A stretch of DNA of 64,000 nt, taken from the NCBI GenBank assembly GCA_913061315.1, contig CAJXUC010000006.1, forward strand, positions 9,078-73,077, read 5' to 3'. Source of the DNA: an uncultured Gammaproteobacteria bacterium (GTDB lineage Bacteria; Pseudomonadota; Gammaproteobacteria; GCA-001735895). Shown piece by piece: positions 18,432 to 29,911 of the stretch. Position 1 is the stretch's first letter. Every line of letters begins with the position of its first letter. Made by a program: the position numbers and the translations under genes. The notes beneath the pieces were generated by a model. The model worked only from the letters and a program-made list of their open reading frames with translations. It had not been told where the DNA came from and ran no database searches.

Positions 18432-20066
18432 CTATAACGATGGGAAGTTAAGATACTTGACTGTATTGATATTAGCCAAGGCGCTTAATTTTTGCATTGC
18501 ATCGTGACTTGGCTGCGCTTCTATCTCGAGTAAGGCCATGGCATTGCCACCACTGGCCTCGCGCCCTAGATGCAGGTTGGCAATATTGATAAGGCTAGTA
18601 GCTGCAGATGTGCCGATATCACCAATGACACCCGGCGTATCTTGGTTGGTAATATAAAGCATGTGTTCTCCTAGTTGTGATTCCAATGGAATGCCTTTCA
18701 CGTCAATCACTCGAGGTCGATGTTGGATTAGAGTGCCACTAATGCTGTGAGTGTGCGCCTCTGTTTTGACGGCAACGGTAATACGACAGGGGTACTCATC
18801 CTTACCTTCACTTAATGCTTCTATTAAGTCGATATTACGTTGGGTTGCTACCTCACGTGCATTCACTGAATTGACAAAACTGCTGTGACGCTCGAGTAAC
18901 GATTGAACTACCTGCGTGGTTAATGGTGAAAGATTTAAACCATTGGCTTCGCCACCATAGGTGACGGTCAATGATTCGATTGGGTCATCAGTCAACTGGC
19001 CTATAAATGAACCCAAGCGTTGTGCAAGCTGAAGGTAGGGTTTCAACTGTTTGGCTTCCTCTGCACTTAAACTGGGTGCGTTTAACGCATTATTAATTGC
19101 ACCACCCAACAAGTAATCACTCATTTGCTGAGCCACTTGAATCGCTACCTTTTCTTGAGCCTCGACCGTAGAAGCCCCTAGGTGTGGCGTACAAATTATA
19201 TTCGGTAGGCCGAATAATGGATTATTTTTGGCGGGCTCTACTTCGTAAACATCGAGTGCGGCACCTTTTATATGGTTACTTTTTAAAGCCACCAGTAGGG
19301 CTAGTTCATCGACTAAACCACCCCGAGCACAATTGATTAACAGGCTACCACGCTTCATTTTGTTGATTGCCGAGGCACTGATAATATTTGCCGTTTCGGG
19401 TGTTTTAGGGACGTGTAATGAAATGATATCTGAAGTGCCCAAAAGTGTATCTAAGTCGACCTTTTGAACGCCTAACTTGTCTGCTCTTTCTTCAGTTAAG
19501 AATGGATCGTAAGCCTGAACTCGCAGCCCATAACCAATTGATTTTTTTGCGACTATCGAGCCGATGTTTCCAGCGCCAATAATACCCAACAATTTACCGG
19601 TCAGTTCCATGCCCATAAATTTAGACTTTTCCCACTTGCCTTCATGGGTTGACTGATTTGCCTGCGGAATATGGCGTGCCAGCGATAACATCATCGCCAT
19701 GGCATGTTCAGCAGTAGTAATGGCATTACCAAATGGTGTATTCATAACTACAACGCCACGTTTTGTACAAGCCGCTACATCGACGTTATCAACACCAATA
19801 CCTGCCCGTCCAACCACTTTCACATTGGACGCATACCCGAGTAGCTCTTCGGTTATCTGTGTTGAGGACCTGAGTGCAATGCCATCAAACTCTCCGACCA
19901 TATCAAACAGTTCTTGTTTCGATAATTTCCCTGGGGTTATTGCTTCAATGCCACGTTCCTCAAAGACTGCAAGGGCCAGGCTCGACATTGTGTCGGCTAT
20001 AAGTACTTTAGGTTTTACAATCGAAGTATGGTTCATTTTTTCACTCGTTATTTTTGCGTCAGTCAT
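18432..20066 (-). CDS. serA: D-3-phosphoglycerate dehydrogenase, type I (long form with ASB and ACT domains)
   Basis: NAD-binding GIIGAGNIGSIVAKK, catalytic domain ICTPHLGAST, 544 aa length typical of Mtb/Bacillus-type SerA. Confidence 0.85.
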   Translation of the reverse strand: MTDAKITSEKMNHTSIVKPKVLIADTMSSLALAVFEERGIEAITPGKLSKQELFDMVGEFDGIALRSSTQITEELLGYASNVKVVGRAGIGVDNVDVAACTKRGVVVMNTPFGNAITTAEHAMAMMLSLARHIPQANQSTHEGKWEKSKFMGMELTGKLLGIIGAGNIGSIVAKKSIGYGLRVQAYDPFLTEERADKLGVQKVDLDTLLGTSDIISLHVPKTPETANIISASAINKMKRGSLLINCARGGLVDELALLVALKSNHIKGAALDVYEVEPAKNNPLFGLPNIICTPHLGASTVEAQEKVAIQVAQQMSDYLLGGAINNALNAPSLSAEEAKQLKPYLQLAQRLGSFIGQLTDDPIESLTVTYGGEANGLNLSPLTTQVVQSLLERHSSFVNSVNAREVATQRNIDLIEALSEGKDEYPCRITVAVKTEAHTHSISGTLIQHRPRVIDVKGIPLESQLGEHMLYITNQDTPGVIGDIGTSAATSLINIANLHLGREASGGNAMALLEIEAQPSHDAMQKLSALANINTVKYLNFPSL

Positions 20067-20067
20067 T

Positions 20068-21252
20068 TCATGTCACCTTGTTTCGTTGTTTAAACCGATC
20101 AAAAGCCCAATCCATCCAAGGTGTTAAGGCCATTAGGTCGTCTGTTTCTATAGTTGCACCACCCCAAATCCGAAAGCCTGCAGGTGCACTGCGGTAATTG
20201 GCAATATCCAAGGCACAGTTTTCTTGTGCTAACCAGCTCAGCATTAAATTAATAGCTTGCTGTTGCTCCTCACTTTCGAGTTGATTAAATTCAGGGTCAA
20301 TAATGCGTAAACACATAGAAGAAGGCGAACGGGTCTCGGCGGACGTTGCCAACCAATCGATCCACGCTGTTTGCTGAACCCACTGATCTAACAGGTCAAA
20401 ATTTTGTTGCGTGCGCTTCCAAAGTGATTCAACACCGCCAATACGATCTGCCCAATCGAGGGCAGCATGTAAATCTTCGACCGCCAACATACTAGGCGTA
20501 TTGATAGTGGCACCCGAAAATAACCCTTCGATTAATTTTTGGTTTTTAGTGAGTTGAAATATTTTAGGTAATGATCTTGAAGGGGTATAACTTTCTAATC
20601 TTGCAATTGCCTTTGGACTCAGTGCCAGCATGCCATGGGCTCCTTCACTGCCCAGCACTTTTTGCCAAGACCAAGTAACGACGTCGAGTTTAGAAAAATC
20701 GATCGGCATGGCAAAAGCGGCAGAGGTTGCATCGCATAACACCAGACCATTACGATCGCTATCGAGCCAATCTAAATGCGGAACCCGCACGCCACTGGTT
20801 GTGCCGTTGTAAACCATAACAACATCGTGATCTGACTTGATTTGGGTGAGGTCTGGCAAGTCACCATAATCGGCTTTGTATACGTTCAATTCAGGCAAGC
20901 CGAGTGTTTCGAGGTCTTTTGCCCAATCGGCAGAAAAACTGTCCCATACCAATGCATCAACAGCACGGGCACCTAACATTGACCACATGGCCATTTCAAA
21001 TGCACCGGTATCAGAGCCAGGTACTATCGCAAGTTTCCAGTCATCGGGTAATTTAAGTAATTGATGTGAACGTAATATGGCGTCACTAAGACGCTGCTTG
21101 GGTTGTTTAGCGCGATGGCTTCGACCCAATTGTTCAAGGTTGAGATGTTTAATATCCCAACCCGGATATTTCTTACAGGGACCCGAAGAAAACCGTGCGT
21201 CTTGCGGGCGCAAGCTCGGTTTTTCGGGAAAGCCAATGGCTTTCTCGATCAT
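20068..21252 (-). CDS. serC: Phosphoserine aminotransferase, Mtb-type (SerC family 2); ORF track start 21369 is an over-extension
   Basis: ARFSSGPCKK near the N-terminus parallels M. tuberculosis SerC GRFGSGPSKV; GAGG RBS 7 nt upstream of the Met at 21252; 1-nt gap to serA. Confidence 0.7.
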   Translation of the reverse strand: MIEKAIGFPEKPSLRPQDARFSSGPCKKYPGWDIKHLNLEQLGRSHRAKQPKQRLSDAILRSHQLLKLPDDWKLAIVPGSDTGAFEMAMWSMLGARAVDALVWDSFSADWAKDLETLGLPELNVYKADYGDLPDLTQIKSDHDVVMVYNGTTSGVRVPHLDWLDSDRNGLVLCDATSAAFAMPIDFSKLDVVTWSWQKVLGSEGAHGMLALSPKAIARLESYTPSRSLPKIFQLTKNQKLIEGLFSGATINTPSMLAVEDLHAALDWADRIGGVESLWKRTQQNFDLLDQWVQQTAWIDWLATSAETRSPSSMCLRIIDPEFNQLESEEQQQAINLMLSWLAQENCALDIANYRSAPAGFRIWGGATIETDDLMALTPWMDWAFDRFKQRNKVT

Positions 21253-21684
21253 GATATAACCTCTAGTTATTCGGTGGTTTGCTCCACCAAGCATAATTAG
21301 GCTAACATAATCGTGGATAAGTCGTGCAGTATTTGTTAAACCTAAAGTGACTATGAATATAACCAACATTAGTAATGGAATGGATTATACGCAGAAAGTT
21401 GGGACGATTAACCCGAGTTTAAAGTTTGAACACATGCAAAACTGCAAGGGTCCAGATTTACTTCTGATAACCCATAATCGTTATGAAAACCCTACGTTTG
21501 TCGGTTCTAGATGACTTTGTTGAAGAAGCTTTGGTTTGTTCTAGGCTGATTTCTAATAGACGCAGATGAATCAGATTTAAAGTATATGTGTAAAAGGGGC
21601 ATACCTAACGATTGATACAAAACCATGCTGCCCTCAGCCTGGCTAATTTAGCTTTTCTAATATCCCCATTAACTAATTTAAGCA

Positions 21685-21903
21685 CTAAAAACTTTTAAGA
21701 TATAGCTGTTCCACTTTTTCTCTAGCCCAAGCTGTTTTGCGGAGAAATTTTAAACTTGATGAAATACTTGGATCACTATTAAAACACTTGATATCAATCA
21801 GATTACCCAATGACTCCCAGCCGTGTTTATCAACAAGCTGAGTCACTACTTCTTTTAGAGTGACTCCATGTAAGGGCTCTTTTGAAACTTTTTTATTGGT
21901 CAA
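21685..21903 (-). CDS. DUF2132 (VF530-like) small helical protein
   Basis: 72 aa; [20 protein letters not shown] conserved core. Confidence 0.45.
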   Translation of the reverse strand: MTNKKVSKEPLHGVTLKEVVTQLVDKHGWESLGNLIDIKCFNSDPSISSSLKFLRKTAWAREKVEQLYLKSF

Positions 21904-22121
21904 CAGATTTACCTGTAATTGTCTTTGATTAGCAAGTTCATAATTGGTATGTTGTCATAAAAAACAAACTATACAATCGATAATTGAAAAGTGTATTTTT
22001 AATTGATGTGATAGCAATCTAATAATATGAAGTAATTTAACGATTTTTGTGATCAATATTTGGCGGACACCGATAGATAGATTAATATTAGGTTTACGTA
22101 GATAACCCAAAAACGGAAAAC

Positions 22122-22673
22122 ATGGCATCACTGCAAGATCAATTACTCAAAGCTGGCGTGATTAATAAGAATAAGGCTAAGAAAGTTAAAAATGACCAGC
22201 ATAAACAGGCCAAAGTGATTCGCAAGATGGGTGGAAAAACGGTCAATGAAGCGAAAACAACTGTTGTCAGTGAGCGGGCAAAGAAAAATGAACGTGATCG
22301 CGAATTAAACTTAAAGAAACAGCAAGAAGCCAATCAAAAGGCAGTTGTCGCTCAGATTAAACAATTGATAGACCTCAATAAAATAGCCGATAACAAAGGA
22401 GATATTCATTATCGCTTTGTTTATGAAAAAAAAGTTAAACACATTTACGTCACCAGCGAAATGCAAGATCACCTCAGTCGAGGACGACTAGCCATTGTGG
22501 CGCTATTAGGTAATGTGACTGAAAAATTTGAAATTGTGCCTGCCGGTATCGCTGAAAAAATTGCCCAACGGGATAGTGATTATATCGTTCAGTTAAATAT
22601 TAAAGAGTCGTCTGAAGAGATCGAAAATGATCCCTATGCTGATTATCAAATACCCGATGACTTAATGTGGTGA
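22122..22673 (+). CDS. DUF2058 (YaiL-like) protein
   Basis: MASLQDQLLKAGVINKNKAKKVKNDQHKQ Lys-rich N-terminus typical of YaiL. Confidence 0.55.
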   Translation: MASLQDQLLKAGVINKNKAKKVKNDQHKQAKVIRKMGGKTVNEAKTTVVSERAKKNERDRELNLKKQQEANQKAVVAQIKQLIDLNKIADNKGDIHYRFVYEKKVKHIYVTSEMQDHLSRGRLAIVALLGNVTEKFEIVPAGIAEKIAQRDSDYIVQLNIKESSEEIENDPYADYQIPDDLMW

Positions 22674-23149
22674 GTACACAATTTAAACTTATTAACAACC
22701 CCGACTACCGTCCCAACGTTGGGATTATGTTAGTCAATGACGATCGACTCATTCTCGCCGGTGAAGCATTCCATTACCGTGGCGATTGGATGATGCCTCA
22801 AGGTGGCATTGACTCTGGCGAAACCACGTTAGAAGCAATGCAACGTGAATTATTTGAAGAAACCAGCCTAGTACCAGAACAAACTCGAATAGTGAGAGAG
22901 CATGATAAATGGCTGAGCTATCAGTTTAGAAAGCCCGTGAAAAAAGAAGGCATTTTATATAAAGGCCAACGACAAAAGTGGTTTTTGCTGGAGTATAACG
23001 GCCCACTACCAGACGCGACCAAAACTCAGGATAGGGAGTTCACCCACTTCAACTGGGTAACACCACAGTGGCTAATTGACCACACAACGCCATTTAAAGC
23101 TGAAGTTTACAAAACTATTTTTAACGAATTCGAAATACTAATTCGTTAG
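22667..23149 (+). CDS. rppH: RNA pyrophosphohydrolase (Nudix)
   Basis: YRPNVGIMLVNDDRLILAGE plus Nudix box GGIDSGETTLEAMQRELFEETSL; 160 aa. Confidence 0.8.
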   Translation: MVSTQFKLINNPDYRPNVGIMLVNDDRLILAGEAFHYRGDWMMPQGGIDSGETTLEAMQRELFEETSLVPEQTRIVREHDKWLSYQFRKPVKKEGILYKGQRQKWFLLEYNGPLPDATKTQDREFTHFNWVTPQWLIDHTTPFKAEVYKTIFNEFEILIR

Positions 23150-23162
23150 TGAGTTAAAATTT

Positions 23163-23645
23163 TCAACTTGATTTTCGGCTATCAACAACCCCTTTGGCAT
23201 ATAATCCAATCACAAAAAACCATTGCAACAGCACGAAATATAAAAATTTCTTTTGGATTTTGTAACCCGTATCGATTGAATCCTTATAACTAAAAATTGA
23301 CTGCCCGTTAATGCTGAGATCATAAATAATGGGCTCTTGCTCTAAAAGCCCTTGATATAAAATTTGTAACGGAAGACCCAGCACCCAACTTTTTTTGGCC
23401 TCTGTACAGTCAATACCTTCAACAGCAAGACTTAACCAAAAGTCTGATTCAGCAATTTTTAAGTTATGTGCCATCCTATCTTTTTTACAACCAATATCCT
23501 CTAACGTTCCATAGAGTGGGGTTAAACTCTGTTTCGAAACCACTTCATCATTCGATGAAATAAGCACAAAATAGAGAAGCGCGGCTGTTCCCAACATTGC
23601 GACTACAATAATTGGCGAAATACGTCTTAGGACTTCTTTATTCAT
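23163..23645 (-). CDS. Hypothetical membrane-anchored protein
   Basis: N-terminal TM helix, no recognisable motif. Confidence 0.3.
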   Translation of the reverse strand: MNKEVLRRISPIIVVAMLGTAALLYFVLISSNDEVVSKQSLTPLYGTLEDIGCKKDRMAHNLKIAESDFWLSLAVEGIDCTEAKKSWVLGLPLQILYQGLLEQEPIIYDLSINGQSIFSYKDSIDTGYKIQKKFLYFVLLQWFFVIGLYAKGVVDSRKSS

Positions 23646-23725
23646 AAGGCAGATATTAGGTTATATAAAACGGTTAACGAGCAGAGGGAGGTAAACTCAA
23701 TCAATAACATGACTTGCCTGCATGA

Positions 23726-24613
23726 CTAATGAGCGTTGCCAACGGGTTTCACTAACGTTAACCCAATAAGTGAAACAACAACAGCAATCCAGATCCAGAT
23801 ACTATGCTCTTCACCATAGAATATAATACCCAAAAAAACACCTGAAATGGTAATAATATAGGCACACTGACTGGTAAATACTGCCCCTGCAATTTTAATC
23901 GCATAAAAGTAGAGTGCGTAGGCTAAGCCTGTGCCGATTGCCGCCCCAACCACGCCATAACCTGCTGGTGTTATAAGCCATGTGACCGGTTCAGTCACGC
24001 CCAACCATAAACCCACAGGAACCATCATCATGATAGCCACGATATTGGATCCACACAGTAACTCGGACACATCAATCTTGGGGTTAACTTGATGTTCAAT
24101 ATAGACGCCTTCAGTCGCATAGCTAAAAGCACAAGAGACCGCCAGTAGAATCCAAAGATTGGCATCTTCACTGGAAAGGCCTTGATCAGGGATGACTAAA
24201 AACAAGATGGCTATCAGGCCAAAAACAATACCAAAGACTCGCTTTATAACAACTCTTTCCACTTTTAATACCAGCATGATGATATAACTAAATAGAGGGA
24301 TAGCAGAAATGCTAATCGATAAAATGCCAGCAGTCAGATGAGATGCTGCGTAATAATAGGACAAACTTGGAAACGATATACCAACGATGGCGAGAACAGT
24401 ATAGTGATCTAAATTAACTCGTCGAAAGATCGGTTTTTTAACCAGCACTCGATAAACAACAAATAGCAATGCAGTTATGATTACCTGCCAAACTGAAATG
24501 CCTAGTGGATGCGCACCCTCTGATGCCGCTAACAATACCAATGAAAAGACACCACCCCAAATAGCACCCGCAATAATAATTAGCGCATAGGATAGGTAAA
24601 GCGTTTTTGACAT
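23726..24613 (-). CDS. DMT/EamA family transporter
   Basis: 295 aa, 10 TM, duplicated EamA halves. Confidence 0.65.
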   Translation of the reverse strand: MSKTLYLSYALIIIAGAIWGGVFSLVLLAASEGAHPLGISVWQVIITALLFVVYRVLVKKPIFRRVNLDHYTVLAIVGISFPSLSYYYAASHLTAGILSISISAIPLFSYIIMLVLKVERVVIKRVFGIVFGLIAILFLVIPDQGLSSEDANLWILLAVSCAFSYATEGVYIEHQVNPKIDVSELLCGSNIVAIMMMVPVGLWLGVTEPVTWLITPAGYGVVGAAIGTGLAYALYFYAIKIAGAVFTSQCAYIITISGVFLGIIFYGEEHSIWIWIAVVVSLIGLTLVKPVGNAH

Positions 24614-24692
24614 TATTTAGTGGGTCCTAATGCACACTATATAACCCAAAATAGTCTGTGGTAATTTATTTTAGCTTGAAGGTTAATCGTAT

Positions 24693-25559
24693 TTAATGGA
24701 ACAATAAAACAGGAATTTTGCAAGAAGCAAGCATCGCTGATGTTGTCGACCCGACGAAAAAATTACGAATGTGCGAATGCCCATAGCCTCCCATTACCAG
24801 TAAATCAAATCCATCTGTTTCAACATGTCGTGATATGACTTCTTCCGGTAGCCCCTGCTCAATATTAACGTCAACAGAAAAACCTGCGCTGCGCAGCTTA
24901 GCAGCTGCTTGTTGAAGCTGTTGTGCCCCCTTAGATGACTCTGAACCGACCACCAACAGTTGGCATTCAATATCCTTAAAAACAGGGCTATTGGCTAGAT
25001 GATCGATTGCTTTATTGGCACTACTGCCGCCATCGAAGGCAATTAATAATCGGTTAATGGGTTTAAAAACACGTGATGCGACCAGTACAGGCTTTTTACT
25101 TGAGCGCACAACATGCTCAAGATTGATGCCCAAATGTGACATATCGTGCTCGGCAGATATACCTCGCTTCCCAATGACAAGCAAGTCAGCTCCTTGATCA
25201 CTTTCTTCAACTGTTTCGACCACTTCACCATGACGCAGGCGAGTGGTTACTGCCTCGATACCATCTTCATGCATTCTATTTTTAGCTTCATCAAGAATCG
25301 CTCGACCTATCTTATGCGACAACTTGGCCTTTTGGGAGTCAAGCTCGACCAGCTCTTCCATTAACGCTGTTCTAGCACCAAAGCCAATACTGCCACTTAA
25401 ATTGGATGCATCATCAGCAGCACTTTGCTGTCGAGCCAAAACATGAACTAAATCAACTGATGCTTTGGCTTTTTGTGCAAGCCAAGCAGTATGATCACAA
25501 ACACTTTGTGCATAGACTGAGCCATCAACCATGGCCATGATTTTAGTTATAGAATACAT
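24693..25559 (-). CDS. Universal stress protein, tandem-domain (UspE-like)
   Basis: Two USP domains, each with a GSxxxxVxxxAxxPVLxV-type C-terminus (PVLVAS, PVLLFH). Confidence 0.7.
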   Translation of the reverse strand: MYSITKIMAMVDGSVYAQSVCDHTAWLAQKAKASVDLVHVLARQQSAADDASNLSGSIGFGARTALMEELVELDSQKAKLSHKIGRAILDEAKNRMHEDGIEAVTTRLRHGEVVETVEESDQGADLLVIGKRGISAEHDMSHLGINLEHVVRSSKKPVLVASRVFKPINRLLIAFDGGSSANKAIDHLANSPVFKDIECQLLVVGSESSKGAQQLQQAAAKLRSAGFSVDVNIEQGLPEEVISRHVETDGFDLLVMGGYGHSHIRNFFVGSTTSAMLASCKIPVLLFH

Positions 25560-25562
25560 TAC

Positions 25563-27053
25563 TTAATGCCCCAATAATCGTTCTAAAGCGCCTGGTTTAT
25601 CGTGTTCGCCTAACTTGTCGACGATCGTTTCACTGGCTTCGTTTAACCCTACTATTTCTACTTCTGCACCTTCTCGGCGGAATTTCAAGACCACCATATC
25701 CAACGCAGTAACACTGGATATATCCCAGATGTGCGCATTACTGACATCGATCGTGACATTTTCAAGCGCCTCTTTAAAATCAAATGATGTCGAAAACTCA
25801 TTCGCTGAAGCAAAAAATAGCTGCCCTTCAACTAGATATTTACGCGACATGCCGTCCTCTGACAGAGTCGATGTAATTCGAAAGATCTGTGCAATTTTCC
25901 AAGCAAAAAACAGACCTGAAAACAAAACACCAGCTAACACACCTAGCGCCAAATTATGCGTTGTCACGACGACCCCGACGGTAACTAACATAACTATTGA
26001 GGAGCTACGTGGGTGATTTTTCAAATCTTTGATAGAGGACCAGCTAAAGGTTCCAATAGAAACCATAATCATAATCGCAACGAGCGCCGCCATTGGGATT
26101 TGTTTCACCCAGTCACCCAAAAAAACAATCATTATGAGCAAAAATATGCCTGCACAGAAAGTCGATAAACGACCTCGACCACCAGACTTAACGTTGATCA
26201 TCGATTGTCCAATCATTGCACAACCAGCCATTCCTCCGATAAAACCGGTCGCCGTATTGGCTATACCTTGGCCAATACATTCGCGGTTTTTATCACTCGT
26301 GGTGTCCGTTAACTCATCGACTATGGATGCTGTCATTAATGATTCAAGAAGTCCTACTGCAGCAACAGCTGCCGAGTAAGGCAAAATAATCATCAAAGTT
26401 TCAAGGTTTAAGGGTATTTGAGGAATTAAGAAAATAGGCAATGTCGAGGGAAGTTCTCCCATATCACCCACTGTTCGAATATCCCAACCCAGCCAGATCG
26501 ATAATCCAGTTAAGACCAAAATACACACTAGGGGTGATGGAATTGCTTTTGTTAGGAGAGGCAGTAGATAAATGATGCCTAACCCTGCGGCCACTAAAAT
26601 GTAGGTGAGCGAAGGCACATGAATCAATTCAGGTAACTGCGCCATAAAAATAAGTATCGCGAGAGCATTCACAAAGCCTGTCATCACTGATCTGGACACA
26701 AACTTCATAACGTACCCAAGCTTCAGCAGGCCTGCGACTACTTGCAATAGGCCTGCTAATACGGTGGCAGCAAGCAGATACTCTAGTCCATGGTCTTTTA
26801 CCAGAGTGACCATTAATACAGCCGTGGCGGCAGTTGCAGCTGAAATCATGCCTGGTCGACCACCCGTTATTGCAACAATTACGGCAATAGAAAAAGACGC
26901 GTACAACCCTACTTTGGGGTCAACGCCAGCAATGATTGAAAATGCAATGGCCTCAGGTATGAGGGCCAACGCAACAACCAGTCCAGCTAAAATATCGGGG
27001 CGTATATTGCCTAGCCACTCGGTTCGTAACCGAGAAAACGCATCAGTTTTCAA
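25563..27053 (-). CDS. SulP family anion transporter with C-terminal STAS domain
   Basis: SulP N-terminal signature region, about 11 TM, STAS domain at the C-terminus. Confidence 0.8.
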   Translation of the reverse strand: MKTDAFSRLRTEWLGNIRPDILAGLVVALALIPEAIAFSIIAGVDPKVGLYASFSIAVIVAITGGRPGMISAATAATAVLMVTLVKDHGLEYLLAATVLAGLLQVVAGLLKLGYVMKFVSRSVMTGFVNALAILIFMAQLPELIHVPSLTYILVAAGLGIIYLLPLLTKAIPSPLVCILVLTGLSIWLGWDIRTVGDMGELPSTLPIFLIPQIPLNLETLMIILPYSAAVAAVGLLESLMTASIVDELTDTTSDKNRECIGQGIANTATGFIGGMAGCAMIGQSMINVKSGGRGRLSTFCAGIFLLIMIVFLGDWVKQIPMAALVAIMIMVSIGTFSWSSIKDLKNHPRSSSIVMLVTVGVVVTTHNLALGVLAGVLFSGLFFAWKIAQIFRITSTLSEDGMSRKYLVEGQLFFASANEFSTSFDFKEALENVTIDVSNAHIWDISSVTALDMVVLKFRREGAEVEIVGLNEASETIVDKLGEHDKPGALERLLGH

Positions 27054-27343
27054 ATTATTCTCAAATAGTAATGTATCAGTGTGATTTCGAGTTTAACTGA
27101 GCAAGCGTTAATGTCGCTAATGCCTGTCGGTATAAATACTTAGTGTAAAAGCAATTGTTGTGAATATAGTCAGATTTTTAGAAAGTGCACCCAGTATTAG
27201 GATGTTTTTTTCAATTTCAAGCGATCTTTTGCTATTGCCCCTAAATCATTTACCTTGGGCACCCTAATTATTGGGCAAAATAGAAAACTCTAGGTTGTCA
27301 GGTAATTCTTAAACGTCACCTCTTATAATTTAATTATGAATAC

Positions 27344-27622
<279 letters not shown>

Positions 27623-27634
27623 TCATAAAACAGT

Positions 27635-28132
27635 TCAAGTTTTTGAACTTTCCAATTTATCAGTCAATTTTTGTAAAATTGAAGGGTGTAGAAACTCAGA
27701 CACATCTCCCCCTAGACGAGCAATTTCACGGACTAAGCTCGAGGATACAAAGGCATAATGTTGAGCAGCCGTGAGGAAAACTGTTTCAATTTCGTTAGCA
27801 AGAGAACGGTTCATACCCGCGAGCTGCACTTCATACTCAAAGTCAGATATTGCTCTTAATCCTCTAATAATAATTTGAGATTCGCAATCGCGGGCAAAAT
27901 CAATGAGTAACCCAGAAAAAGGTCGAATCGAGATTTTTGGATTATTCGCAAAGACCATCTCAAGCATTTCAGTGCGTTCATTCACATCAAAGAACGGCTC
28001 CTTAGCGAGACTATCGGCCACGCCGATAACTACATGATCAAACATTTTTGCCGCCCGCTCACAGATATCTATATGACCTTTAGTCACAGGGTCAAAAGTG
28101 CCTGGGTAAATTGCAATTCTTTCCATTTTCAT
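27635..28132 (-). CDS. coaD: Phosphopantetheine adenylyltransferase
   Basis: IYPGTFDPVTKGHIDI (T/HxGH) motif; 165 aa. Confidence 0.85.
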   Translation of the reverse strand: MKMERIAIYPGTFDPVTKGHIDICERAAKMFDHVVIGVADSLAKEPFFDVNERTEMLEMVFANNPKISIRPFSGLLIDFARDCESQIIIRGLRAISDFEYEVQLAGMNRSLANEIETVFLTAAQHYAFVSSSLVREIARLGGDVSEFLHPSILQKLTDKLESSKT

Positions 28133-28192
28133 CTCACGGGAGATCAGCTAGAAAAAGCCAGTCAAGTTAACTACAAAAATTCATGAACTATC

Positions 28193-28783
28193 TTAACGGC
28201 TTCCTAACCATTCGACCATAGCATAATTAACTTGTCCGGCTTTTTTCTGTTTAAGCCAGACAAAATCTTCCGACGGCAATTCAAATCGCTCATGTTTTGG
28301 CCATTCAAGATAAAGCTTAGCGCTCTGATTAAGTCTTTGGGACTGAACTAAACACTCCATTACAGTTTGCTTCAAATGACCCTCAGCAAAAGGCGGGTCA
28401 ATAAAGACTAAATCAAACTTTAATGTCAGTTGCTCAACCAGTTGCAAGGCATCTCCCTGTTGAACATCTAGCTGCGACGTCTCCACCGACTCACCTGCCA
28501 GTCGCTCGGCTTGAAATATCAAATTCTTGCAAGCCAAACGGCTCTTCTCAAGCATAGTAACTTGCTTCGCATCTCGAGATAACGCCTCAAAACCCAATGC
28601 ACCGCTTCCTGCAAAACAGTCAAGCACATGAGCACCAGGGCAGTCTAATGCGACCCAATTAAAAAGGGTTTCACGCACCCGACTCGTGGTCGGCCGGAGC
28701 CCGTCAATATCGGCCACCTGAAGTTTACGGCCACGCCAACGCCCACCGATAATTCGTACCTGCTGTGATTTTCCACTATTCAT
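28193..28783 (-). CDS. rsmD: 16S rRNA (guanine966-N2)-methyltransferase
   Basis: VLDCFAGSGALGFEALSR and DPPF motifs; divergent from ftsY as in E. coli. Confidence 0.8.
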   Translation of the reverse strand: MNSGKSQQVRIIGGRWRGRKLQVADIDGLRPTTSRVRETLFNWVALDCPGAHVLDCFAGSGALGFEALSRDAKQVTMLEKSRLACKNLIFQAERLAGESVETSQLDVQQGDALQLVEQLTLKFDLVFIDPPFAEGHLKQTVMECLVQSQRLNQSAKLYLEWPKHERFELPSEDFVWLKQKKAGQVNYAMVEWLGSR

Positions 28784-28899
28784 TTATTTATGTCGTAGAA
28801 TGGGTAACAGAATATGTGTCTGATGGTAAATCAGAGCGCACAGATTTGATCGCTTTCTGTTAGCATATTGTGCCTGAAATCCCTTGCGTAGGAAATTAG

Positions 28900-29880
28900 A
28901 TGTTTGGCTTTAAGTCGGTTGACAAGAATAAGGACACCGAGCCTCAGAAAAGCAAAGGTTTGTTTTCATCTTTGCGCGAAAGGCTGTCCAAGACCCGCTC
29001 TAATTTATCAACCGGCCTTGCCAATATCTTATTGGGAAAGAAACGTATTGATGATGATTTACTTGAGCAACTCGAAGATCAACTGCTGTTAGCCGATATA
29101 GGCTTACCAACCACTCAAAAAATAACCTCGACACTGACCGAGTTACTTAATCGTAAACAATTAAGTGATAGCGAAACAGTGTTGTCGGTTCTGAAACAGG
29201 TAATGTCTGATGTGCTCAGGCCTAGCGCTGTTCCTCTCAATATTGATACTCATCACAAGCCTTACGTTATATTAATGGTCGGTATTAATGGTGCAGGTAA
29301 AACAACAACTGTTGGAAAGTTAGCCCAAAAATTAAAGTCTGAAGGTCATAGAGTCATGTTATCCGCAGGTGACACTTTCCGAGCTGCTGCGGTTGAGCAG
29401 CTTCAGACCTGGGGCGACAGACTCGATATTCCTGTCATTCAACAAGGCCAAGGCGCAGATTCAGCATCCGTTATATTTGATGCCCTCCAATCTGCTCAAG
29501 CCCGAAATATTGACGTACTCATTGCCGATACTGCAGGACGACTGCACACCCAAAGCAACTTGATGGACGAGCTGGAAAAAATTAAACGCGTACTCAGTAA
29601 ACTTGACCTGACGGCTCCACATGAAACTATGTTGGTACTGGATGCCGGTACAGGTCAGAATGCGATGGTTCAAGCGGCACAATTTAAAGAGTCAATCGGT
29701 GTTACTGGCATTACATTAACCAAGCTTGATGGGACAGCCAAAGGTGGCATGATATTTAGTGTTGCTGAACAACTCAAACTACCCATACGATTTATTGGGG
29801 TTGGTGAGTCAGTTGAAGATCTTCGAACATTTGACAGTGATGAATTTGTTGACGCGCTGTTAAATGAATTTGAAAGCTAA
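28900..29880 (+). CDS. ftsY: Signal recognition particle receptor
   Basis: NG domain GINGAGKTTTVGKLA, DTAGR, TKLDG; short A domain. Confidence 0.85.
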   Translation: MFGFKSVDKNKDTEPQKSKGLFSSLRERLSKTRSNLSTGLANILLGKKRIDDDLLEQLEDQLLLADIGLPTTQKITSTLTELLNRKQLSDSETVLSVLKQVMSDVLRPSAVPLNIDTHHKPYVILMVGINGAGKTTTVGKLAQKLKSEGHRVMLSAGDTFRAAAVEQLQTWGDRLDIPVIQQGQGADSASVIFDALQSAQARNIDVLIADTAGRLHTQSNLMDELEKIKRVLSKLDLTAPHETMLVLDAGTGQNAMVQAAQFKESIGVTGITLTKLDGTAKGGMIFSVAEQLKLPIRFIGVGESVEDLRTFDSDEFVDALLNEFES

Positions 29881-29911
29881 TCCTTTGCCTTGCTAAACCT
29901 ACAACTTATTT

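Noticed and set aside
26029-27084. Plus-strand ORFs (116, 106 and 133 aa) overlapping the SulP transporter
   Set aside because: These are mirror-frame ORFs of a membrane-protein gene with proline/alanine-rich low-complexity translations. Spurious.
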